Positions 17,742 to 27,000 of a stretch of 64,000 nt of DNA are shown one piece after another. Below the pieces are notes generated by a model that worked only from the letters and a program-made list of their open reading frames with translations, was not told the DNA's origin and made no database searches. The position numbers and the translations under genes were made by a program. The DNA comes from Gemmatales bacterium (GTDB taxonomy: Bacteria > Planctomycetota > Planctomycetia > Gemmatales > HRBIN36). Positions within the stretch are counted from its first letter, which is position 1. Each line of letters opens with the position of its first letter. The stretch is from the NCBI GenBank assembly GCA_046350055.1, contig JAXMBC010000001.1, positions 510,660-574,659 of the forward strand, in the 5' to 3' direction.

Positions 17742-18149
17742 TCAAGAATGGCGTTCACAGGACGGGTACCCAATACTTACATAAGCGTAAGCCGTGACGA
17801 ACAAAGTTATAAGCGCGACTACTACAGTAGTAGCGATCAATACTACTTTTGACGATAGCAAGTACTTGTCATACGCAGGCAGTCCATATTTACTATAAAG
17901 AACTTCATCATCCAGGGAGTAGTCACTTGGATCGGCACAGTACACATACTGCACAACATAATTACCTTCCAATATTACAGCGACTATTTTCTGCATTGCT
18001 CCTGCTTGACCATGCGTATCACGGGCCACTCTCTGCAACTTACCGTGGTTCGCTTTAAAGTAGTATTCACATTTTGCCATGTACACAATATACCAAGATG
18101 CAATACATAAGATAAGCATGCATGACGTTTTTATATATACATTCTTCAT
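17742..18149 (-). CDS. Putative cognate immunity protein of rhs2 (small membrane protein)
   Basis: ATG 18149 lies 17 nt after the rhs2 stop. It has hydrophobic N- and C-terminal segments and is AT-rich. The role is inferred from position. Confidence 0.5.
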   Translation of the reverse strand: MKNVYIKTSCMLILCIASWYIVYMAKCEYYFKANHGKLQRVARDTHGQAGAMQKIVAVILEGNYVVQYVYCADPSDYSLDDEVLYSKYGLPAYDKYLLSSKVVLIATTVVVALITLFVTAYAYVSIGYPSCERHS

Positions 18150-18166
18150 CGCTATTGTCCTTAGTG

Positions 18167-21100
18167 CTAAGTGTTGTAAAGGCATAATAGACCTCGTGCT
18201 TTAAGAATCGCCCACCATTGATAATATGCTCTAAGAAGATTTCTTTGTATATTAAACTCGGTACACGAACCTTTTTGACATGCGCTCGCTATCGCTCGAA
18301 GCAAGCAAGAGTAGAAGGAGGAGCATTGCCCAGCACAATAATATGCTTGTAACTCTTTTACGAGATCAGTGAAGCAGTCACCTTTACTAAAATCAGACCA
18401 ACAAGCACACTGTGTTACATGTGTCAACTCGTGATGAAGGTGCCTTTGCCAGTCTGGATCATTTAGGCATATTGCAACGTGAGCACCTTCACATGGCAAT
18501 GGTGGCAACCTAGGAGCAGGCGCTGGCCCTCGCACAGGCCATGTTGTCGTAACTGCACCTCCGACTCCACAGTTACAGAAGCACTCAACATTAAATGTAA
18601 AGTCCTTCTTGCATCTGTAAATCCATTTGAGAATCGCATCATAAACGCCTTTTGGAAGAAAGTCGCCAATCCCCTTTTCTGCCATCTGATTTTCATTCCA
18701 AGGGCAATTTGTCTTCGTCCATGGAACTCCTGCACCTGCTCCCTTTCCCCATTTTGCACATTCCCTAATTGCGCTTCGTATTTGAACCTGCGATGGATGT
18801 GCATCAGCATCCATAAATGCGAAGGCATTGAGTACTCTTCCAAGCCGCGCATTGTAAACTGTTATAGTGTTGAGAATAAGAGATGTTGAGGTATTCCAAT
18901 TTAACAATCCATGGTACTGATATGGATTATACTGTGAATAGGAAGCCAAAAGTGCATTTCCATAACTGTCAAACAGATAGGATCCAGCACTCTGTCCGGA
19001 ATCAAGCAGAACACTATCCACTGAGGCCATACCGTCATGGCTAACGTACATGCTTGATGCCCCTGTTCTGAATCCGATCACGGAGTGCGATTGACGAGGC
19101 GCATGTGTGTATAAAATGCTATCTGTTTCCAGCAGTACGCTATTGTCATAAGTGTACGATAATAACGTGTTTTCATCATTGCAAACGTAAATCAGATTGT
19201 CCATATTATATGTATAAGTTACCATTTGCTGCATTGATTGCATGCATTTAATTCGATTATCGTCATCCCATGTGTATGTGGATCGCGAACCAATATGATC
19301 CCATTCTGCAGTTTGATTACCACTCTTATCGTAAGTGTACGTCGTAAATCCAGACGCGCTTTCTATTCGCAAGAGCTGATTTGCAATATCGGAAGTGTAT
19401 GTAGTTTTAACTCCCGAGTTGATCATTTGAGATCTGTTTTGCGCTAAATCATACGTATAGGTTATATCGTATGCAATTGTGCCACTTCGACGCTCCCTAT
19501 TCAACTGATAGATTAGATCATAACTCCATGTTGTCCGCGTGTTATCCGCATCAAGCACTTTCGTTTTGTTCATCGTATTATCATACGAATAGTCATATCG
19601 AGACACATACGTCCCATCAGCCCGCACGTTAGCGAGCGTCGTCATCCGATCAGCAGAATCGTAGCTGTAACTCGCCCGCACGCGATTGGCGAGCTTCTGC
19701 ATAGTCCTACGGCCAGCCACATCGTAAGTGAAGGTGGTGTTTTCCTGGAACGGATTGAGCAGTCTGGTGATCTGTCGCTCGCCATCGTACCAGTAAGTAA
19801 ACCGCCCGCCATCGGGCTCACGCATTCTCACCCGCTGTCCGATGGCATCGTAGCCATAGGTAATCCGCTTGGCGAAGCTATCCGAGGCCAACAATGTGCG
19901 TCCCACTGCATCGAAGCTGTAGGTGTAGCGTCCCGTCCAGTCTTGTATCTTCGTTCGTTGTCCCACGGCGTCGTAAACCTGGGTGGCTCGGGTTTGGTCC
20001 TGGTACTTCCAGCCGGTGGTCTTCCCCTCAGTATCGTAGAAGTAGGTGGTTCGCAGGCTCCGGCCATCGATGCGAAGCGTCTGCTGACCAGCGCTATCAT
20101 ACCCGTAAGTTGTGCGGCGGAGCAAGGCATCCATCACGTAAACTTGCCGCCCGTTGGGGTCATAGGCGAAGCTGGTGCGATTGGCCCGGCCATCTACCAG
20201 ACCTGTGCGTTGGCTGGCCCGGTCATAAACCGTGGTCACGCGGATGTTCAAGGCATTGAGCGACGCCAAATTCCGTCCTGCCACGTCGTAGATGGCAGTG
20301 GTACGATTATTGTTGGCATCCCGCACGGCCAGTTGCCGCCCCGCACCGTCGTAGAGGTAGCTGGTGCGGAAGAGCAACGGGTTGATCGTGGCTATCGTCT
20401 GTCCGGCGGCATCGTAAAGCTGGGTGGTGCTGTTGGCCAAAGCATTCGTCATCCGCCGCTGCTGGTTGGCAGCATCATACGCAAAGCTAGTGCGGTTGTT
20501 GAGTGCATTCCGTACCGCCAAGGTACGATTGGCCACGTCATAGATCGAAGTCGTTCGGAAGCCGAGGGCATTGATGCTGGCCACCGAGCGATCCGCACTG
20601 TCATACATCGTAGTGCTTCGGTTTGCCAGAGCATCCACCATCGCTACTGTTCGGCCCGCCGCATCATAGACCGTCGTGTTGCGGTAGTTCAGCGCATTCT
20701 GTACCGCCTGTTGCCTACCCAGTGCATCGTAGATCATCGTGGTGCGGTTGAGCAGTGGACTGATGCTCGCCTTCATCTGCCCGGCAGTGTCATAAACCAT
20801 ACTGCTGCGCCGCAGCAGCGGATCAATGCTTGCCACCGTCTCATCGGCGCTATTATACACCGTAGTGTTGCGGAAGTTCAGCGGATTGATGCTGGCCACG
20901 TCACGACCACCGGCGTCATACACCATGGTGCCACGCCGTCCCAGAGGATCGATCCTGGCCACGGTCTGCCCCACTGCGTTGTACACGGTGGTGCTGCGGA
21001 AGTTGAGCGGATTGATCCCGGCGATCACCCGGTTGGCCGCATCGTAGACGCTGGTGTTCCGTTGCAGCATGGGATTGATGGTCGCCAAGCTGCGGCCAGC

Positions 21101-23737
21101 GGCATCATAGATCATGCTGTTGCGTCGCCCCAGGCCATCGACTTGGGCAATCACCTGGCCTGCCGTGTTAAACACGGTCGTGTTCCGCCGCTGGAGCGGA
21201 TCAACCACCACGCTCTGCCGACCTTCACTGTCGTAGAGGTAACTGGTGCGGAAGTTGAGCGGGTTGATGGTCGCCTTCACCCGCCCAGAGCCATCGTACA
21301 CCATGGTGTTCCGCTGCAACAGCGGGCTGATCATGGAGACAGGCTGATTGGCACGGTCATAGACCGTGGTCGTGCGGAAGCCCAGGGCATTCACCCGGGC
21401 TACGGGATTGAACAGCGTGTCATAAATCGTGGTGGTGCGCTGGTTGAGCGCATTCACCACCGCCGTGAGACGATCTGAGTTGTCGTAGAGGTAGCTGGTG
21501 CGGAAGTTCAAGCCATTGATCTGGGCCTTCACCCGATTCCGCTCGTCATAGATCGTGGTCGTCCGCCGCAGCAAGGGATCAACCTTGGCAATCGGATTTC
21601 CTGCAGCATCATAAACCGTCGTATTGCGGAAGCTCAACGGATTGATGCTCGCGATCTTGCGATGAGCATTGTCAAAGACACTGGTCGTGATCCGTCCCAT
21701 CGGATCGACCATGCGGTAAGGATGATCCTCGCCATGATCGTACACGGCTGTGGTGCGTGCCCCGAGTTCATCTATCTTTGCGACCGTTCGTCCTGCTGCA
21801 TCAAACAGATATGACACGCGGAAGTTCAGCGGGTTGATCACGGACGAAACCCGGACTCCGGCGTCAAACACGTAGCTCGTCCGACGACGCAGCGGATCGA
21901 TCACCGATTGCACCCGGCCTACGATGTCGCGCAGGTAGGTGGTCCGTGTGCCTGCCGGAGTACTGTGCCAGTTCACCTGGCTGTAGGCATCATAGCCGAA
22001 GCTGTACCGCTGGTTGGCCGGATTGAGCCAGGCCTGCAGCCGACCCACCGAATCGTAAAGGTACGTGCTACGGAACAGCAGAGGATTCAGGATGCCCGCC
22101 AGTTGTCCGCGGCTGTTGTAAAGGTAGGTGTTTCTCCGGCTCTGTGGATCGATAGAGGCAATCCGGTTCTTGTTGCCATCGTACCGGAACAGCGTGCTGT
22201 TCCCATTGGCATCGACTATGGAAGTAGACTGGCCCGAGCTGTTCACCCCGACAAAGTAATTATCCTCCGGAGGGGGGAACACCAGGGGTGGAGGCGCGAA
22301 GCTGAGTGCTCGACGACCATAGGTGACGTTGGATTGATTGCCTACTACCCAGGCTGACAACAGGGGATTGGTGTAACTGGCTAAAAACCCATTGGAATAA
22401 GTAAACGTGCAGATCTGAGCCAAAGGATTGCGTACTGATCCCAGCACGCCATTGGTATAGGTCAGCGTGGTACGCAGGTAATGTGCATCGGAGATGACCG
22501 TGCCGACAGGGATAGTTCCGAACTTGTAGCGATAAGTGAGACTGACCCGTCCCCCCAGAGGCCAAAGCAGCGAGGTAGCCTTCCCGGTTGAGCCATCATA
22601 CGCCAGGGTATAGCGAGGCCCGCCCAGGGGATTCCAGCCTGTCAGGCGATGGTTGCCATCGTAGGCCATCGTGGTGCGATTGCCATCAGGCCGGGTGAAC
22701 TTGGTCAAGTCCCCGGAGCCATCGACCACGAAGCTGGTGATGCGGTTGGCTGGATCAGTCAGCCGTCTGATCTTGTTCGAACCGTCATAGGCAAAACTGG
22801 TGCGGCGCAGGAACGGATCGGTGATGAAGTTGATCCGACCGCCGCCATCACGGGTCACGGTCCAGCGTGTATCCGAGCCATTGGCCACATACTTGAGCAG
22901 ACCGGAGCTATCGTAACGGTACTTCGTTCCTGTATCGGTGACTTCATTCCAGCCGCTGCCTGATTCCTGCACGCTGCTTGAAAGCCCACTGGCTGGAGAG
23001 TAATAACCGCTGACATCTTTGCCGCTGAATACAAATGAAGTGCCACTGGCCACCACGACATTGACGACCGTGGAACTGACCATGACCAACGTGCGATCCC
23101 AAGTGCAATTCCAACCGTAACCATAGGTCGAAGCAGCAGGCGATTTGCCGGCATAGAAGAACTGGGGATAGGGGTCAAACAGGCCCCCTACCGGTGGGGT
23201 GAGCATGGCATAGAGCGTGCCGGAAACGGGTTCCACCACAGGGAAGGCCCCGACATGCCCCGAGTATTCACCCAGGCTGTGCCCGGTATCTTTGCTCAAC
23301 TCACTGAATTGGGCTTGCAGCGTGTTCAGTGCTGGAGAAGAGAAGGAGGCCCGAGGAAAGACGGACGAGTCCTGGATCACATCTGCCACAGTAATCGGTG
23401 TGGGAAGGGTAAGCCCCGGACGTGGGATGGAAGGTGTGCCCAGGCCGCAGCCGCAACTACCACCACAACCACACCCGCCTCCGCAACCGCCTCCGCAGCC
23501 ACAACCTCCTCCTCCTCCTGAACCACCATGGCCAGAACCGCCGGAGCTTGGCATTGTCCCGCCGTGCCAGAACGGTGGCTGATCACCAATAACAATATTG
23601 CTGCCACCAGGACTACAGCAACCACTGCCCTGGCAACCATCCGATGAACCGAGTGCGGGCGGTGTGGGGCTCCCGCCACCCATCGTCACTGTCCCCGAAC
23701 GAGGTAGTGTATCTTCCGTCACGACACATTGATACAT
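18167..23737 (-). CDS. RHS/YD-repeat polymorphic toxin with a distinct Cys-rich HExxH tip
   Basis: ATG 23737 is equivalent to 1047 in rhs1. The protein is identical or near-identical to rhs1 for ~960 aa, ~90% identical to ~aa 1400, and divergent after that. The tip contains 'CEGAHVAICLNDPDWQRHLHHELTHVTQCACW'. Confidence 0.9.
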   Translation of the reverse strand: MYQCVVTEDTLPRSGTVTMGGGSPTPPALGSSDGCQGSGCCSPGGSNIVIGDQPPFWHGGTMPSSGGSGHGGSGGGGGCGCGGGCGGGCGCGGSCGCGLGTPSIPRPGLTLPTPITVADVIQDSSVFPRASFSSPALNTLQAQFSELSKDTGHSLGEYSGHVGAFPVVEPVSGTLYAMLTPPVGGLFDPYPQFFYAGKSPAASTYGYGWNCTWDRTLVMVSSTVVNVVVASGTSFVFSGKDVSGYYSPASGLSSSVQESGSGWNEVTDTGTKYRYDSSGLLKYVANGSDTRWTVTRDGGGRINFITDPFLRRTSFAYDGSNKIRRLTDPANRITSFVVDGSGDLTKFTRPDGNRTTMAYDGNHRLTGWNPLGGPRYTLAYDGSTGKATSLLWPLGGRVSLTYRYKFGTIPVGTVISDAHYLRTTLTYTNGVLGSVRNPLAQICTFTYSNGFLASYTNPLLSAWVVGNQSNVTYGRRALSFAPPPLVFPPPEDNYFVGVNSSGQSTSIVDANGNSTLFRYDGNKNRIASIDPQSRRNTYLYNSRGQLAGILNPLLFRSTYLYDSVGRLQAWLNPANQRYSFGYDAYSQVNWHSTPAGTRTTYLRDIVGRVQSVIDPLRRRTSYVFDAGVRVSSVINPLNFRVSYLFDAAGRTVAKIDELGARTTAVYDHGEDHPYRMVDPMGRITTSVFDNAHRKIASINPLSFRNTTVYDAAGNPIAKVDPLLRRTTTIYDERNRVKAQINGLNFRTSYLYDNSDRLTAVVNALNQRTTTIYDTLFNPVARVNALGFRTTTVYDRANQPVSMISPLLQRNTMVYDGSGRVKATINPLNFRTSYLYDSEGRQSVVVDPLQRRNTTVFNTAGQVIAQVDGLGRRNSMIYDAAGRSLATINPMLQRNTSVYDAANRVIAGINPLNFRSTTVYNAVGQTVARIDPLGRRGTMVYDAGGRDVASINPLNFRNTTVYNSADETVASIDPLLRRSSMVYDTAGQMKASISPLLNRTTMIYDALGRQQAVQNALNYRNTTVYDAAGRTVAMVDALANRSTTMYDSADRSVASINALGFRTTSIYDVANRTLAVRNALNNRTSFAYDAANQQRRMTNALANSTTQLYDAAGQTIATINPLLFRTSYLYDGAGRQLAVRDANNNRTTAIYDVAGRNLASLNALNIRVTTVYDRASQRTGLVDGRANRTSFAYDPNGRQVYVMDALLRRTTYGYDSAGQQTLRIDGRSLRTTYFYDTEGKTTGWKYQDQTRATQVYDAVGQRTKIQDWTGRYTYSFDAVGRTLLASDSFAKRITYGYDAIGQRVRMREPDGGRFTYWYDGERQITRLLNPFQENTTFTYDVAGRRTMQKLANRVRASYSYDSADRMTTLANVRADGTYVSRYDYSYDNTMNKTKVLDADNTRTTWSYDLIYQLNRERRSGTIAYDITYTYDLAQNRSQMINSGVKTTYTSDIANQLLRIESASGFTTYTYDKSGNQTAEWDHIGSRSTYTWDDDNRIKCMQSMQQMVTYTYNMDNLIYVCNDENTLLSYTYDNSVLLETDSILYTHAPRQSHSVIGFRTGASSMYVSHDGMASVDSVLLDSGQSAGSYLFDSYGNALLASYSQYNPYQYHGLLNWNTSTSLILNTITVYNARLGRVLNAFAFMDADAHPSQVQIRSAIRECAKWGKGAGAGVPWTKTNCPWNENQMAEKGIGDFLPKGVYDAILKWIYRCKKDFTFNVECFCNCGVGGAVTTTWPVRGPAPAPRLPPLPCEGAHVAICLNDPDWQRHLHHELTHVTQCACWSDFSKGDCFTDLVKELQAYYCAGQCSSFYSCLLRAIASACQKGSCTEFNIQRNLLRAYYQWWAILKARGLLCLYNT

Positions 23738-23830
23738 TGCGATGACTCCCACCGGAGAACGGGGCACATCGTTCGCCTGAACTCAACTTCAGCTCAAGCT
23801 TCTTAATTCTTGCACTCTCGGGATTATCCA
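19600..23830. repeat. Right arm of the ~4.2-kb inverted repeat
   Basis: It is the reverse complement of 954-~5180; see the left arm entry. Confidence 0.85.
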
Positions 23831-24022
23831 ACAGCTCTCGATGGGATGCAACTACCGACAGTACCCTAGCGCAGGTTTTCATCGGATTATTGCGGAAGCT
23901 TAAGCGACGCTACTTGTCTGCATTTACTTTCAGAAAAGCAAGCACGAACGTTTACTGAAGACTTGGCTTTGGGGATAATCTTAGCAGTCACAGCTTTATC
24001 ATTCACAGAATGAGGCTTCTCC

Positions 24023-27000
24023 ATGTCCATTCAAAGTGTAGCTGTTCTATTTGACAATACTGATCGCCCTGAGACGACTGGTGTTTATGTTCGCCGAGCC
24101 CTGGGCGAACTCGTGCAGGTAGATCACTACGTGCCGAAAGCTCTTCAAGAGTTGCGCAATGCTCCCTATGACCTCTATTTGCAGGTCGATGATGGTCACG
24201 ATGTGGTCCTGCCTGAGCAGCTCCGACCGATCGCTTTCTGGGCCATCGACACTCACATGGACTTAGATCGGTACCGCCGCATTGCCCATCGCTATGATTG
24301 GGTTTTCACGGCTCAGCGGGACGGAGCCGAGGCACTGCAGAAGATGGGTATTTCTGCAACCTGGCTGCCCTTGGCCTGTGACCCGTTCTTTCATCGACGG
24401 CATGAAGTACCCAAGCAATATGACCTGGCCTTTATTGGCAACATGGTAAGTGGAAGTCGTGCCGACTTGGTGTATTTCCTCCAGCAGCAGTTCCCGAACA
24501 TGCTGATTGATCGACGGTACTTTGCCGAGATGGCCCAGGCATACTCCTCTTCTCGAATTGTCTTCAACCGCAGCATCAAGAACGACATCAATATGCGTGT
24601 CTTTGAAGCAGCCGCCTGCGGTTCGCTTCTCATGACCAATGACCTGCAAAACAATGGAATGGCAGAGTTATTCCAAGACGGGATACACTTAGCAACTTAC
24701 AAAAGCCCCGAAGAGCTGCTTGATAAAACACGGTTCTATTTGGCGAATGAAACGAGCCGGGAAAAGATCGCGGCTGCCGGCATGGCCCATGCTCATCAGC
24801 ATCACACCTACCGCCATCGCGTGGAACAGATTCTGAAAACAGCAGAATCACGTCCAACTCGTGTTGCTTTGGCGAAGCCTGTAGCAGCTTCCACCCCAAC
24901 GTTTCAGAGTGATTCCTTCTACTTCGGATACGTTCGTCAGGAAATCCTTGCTCTCATTCCCCAGGATGCTAAACGCATCCTGGATATTGGCTGTGGAGCA
25001 GGTCGATTAGGTGAGGCACTCCAGCAACGACAAAATGCAACCGTTGTTGGCATCGAAACTGTTCCTGCCGCAGCTGCACAAGCTCGACTTCGACTCGCTG
25101 AGGTCCATGAAGTCGATATTGAAACCAGCACTCCCAACTTTGATCAGCCCTTTGACGTCGTTGTTTGTGCCGATGTCTTGGAGCATCTCAAGAATCCGCT
25201 CGATGTCTTACGTAAGGTGAAGGGCTGGATGCAACCTGAAGGCACCTTGGTAGTCAGTATCCCCAATGCCCGGCACCACACCGTTGTCCGAGGATTGCTG
25301 GATGGACATTGGACTTATGAGCCTGCAGGCATTCTCGATGAAACCCATCTCCGTTTCTTTACTCGTCGCGAAATCGAAAAGCTCCTGTTTCGTGCGGGAT
25401 TCAACATCGCTCAGCGCGACATGACGACAGGAGCCGAGTATGCTGATTGGCTAAAGCAAGGTTGCAAAGGTGAAATCAAACTAGGCCGCCTCTTCATCGG
25501 TGGGATGACACCAGAAGATGCCGAAGAGTTTCATGTTTACCAGTACCTCTTCACTGGCAAACTTAAACAGCACCGTGATTATGGCATAACGTCTATCATC
25601 CTGGTCACTCACAACGGCCTGGCGGACACACGCGAATGTATTTCCAGCTTGATACAACTCACCGACCATCCTTACGAACTGATCTGCATCGATAACGGTT
25701 CGACAGATGGCACACCCGATTACCTTGAAACCCTCGCCAATACGACAGTCATCCGAAATACTGAGAACAGGGGTTTCCCAGCTGCTGTCAACCAGGGACT
25801 GCAACTAGCCACGGGCAAGCAAATCCTGCTGCTCAACAATGATACCGTGCTCACCACAGGCTGGCTGAGTCGAATGCTGGATGCTCTCTATTCGGAAGAT
25901 CGCGTCGGACTGGTTGGACCAGTCAGCAATTGTGCACCTGGTGACCAACGAGTTCGTGATATCCCCTATGCTCCCGACCTGATCGGCATGGACGGTTTTG
26001 CCTGGGACATTGCCACGCGAAACGCCGGTCGACGACTGGCCACTTCTAGTTTGAGCGGGTTCTGTCTCATGTTCCGGAAGGAAGTCTACGAGCAACTAGG
26101 CCTTCTCGATGAACGCTTCGGCATCGGCACCATGGAAGACGATGACTACTGCCACCGTGCCGTCAAGGAAGTTTGGAAGGTTATCGTTGCCCAGGATGTC
26201 TACATCCACCATGCCGGACATCGCACCTTCCAGGCTATGGGGCTCGATTTTGATGCCCTGGCTGAACATAACCGAGAACAATTCCATCAGAAGTGGGCTA
26301 CTGATACACCGGCTAAAACCTGGGGACTCACCAGTATTATTATCCCCGTCCACGGCCAGCTCTCTCATACCCAGCGGTGTATCGAGAGCATTCGTCAGCA
26401 TACGCCTCAGCCCTTTGAAATCATCGTTATCGACAATGCATCTCCAGACGAAACAGCAGCCTGGCTCAAGCAGCAAAACGATATCACAGTCATCGCCAAT
26501 CCAGTCAATCGTGGCTTCCCTGCAGCCATTAACCAAGGCCTGCGCATGGCCCAGGGTGAGCAACTGCTGATCCTCAATAACGACACCGTCGTCACTCCAG
26601 GCTGGCTCGAACGACAACTTGAAGCGTTAGCATCCGCTCCTGAGGTCGGAATGGTTGGGCCTTGCACCAATCGCATCAGTGGAGAACAACAGGTCGCGGT
26701 GGACTACGATCAAGAAGCACTGCAAGGACTGGATGAGTTTTCCAGCAAATGGAGTATTCAACATCGGAAGCAGTACGAACCAACGGACCGCCTGGTTGGT
26801 TTTTGCATGCTTATGAAGCGATCACTGTTCGAGAAAGTCGGGGCCTTTGATGAGCAGTTTGGCTTGGGCAATTTTGAAGATGATGACTATTGCCGTCGTG
26901 CCATGCAGGCTGGCTTCCAATTGCTGATCGTACGCGATGCTTTCATCCACCACGTCGGGCATGCTACGTTCCAAGGTGCTGGTGTGGATATCGTGGGACT

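Noticed and set aside
19943-21478. 511-aa ORF and many other 60-150-aa ORFs antisense to the rhs genes (for example 2427-2876, 3306-3722, 4407-4826, 21908-22357)
   Set aside because: They lie entirely inside the YD-repeat coding regions on the opposite strand and have repetitive low-complexity translations. They are mirrored identically in both rhs copies, which fits open antisense frames of a GC-rich repeat gene and not real genes.
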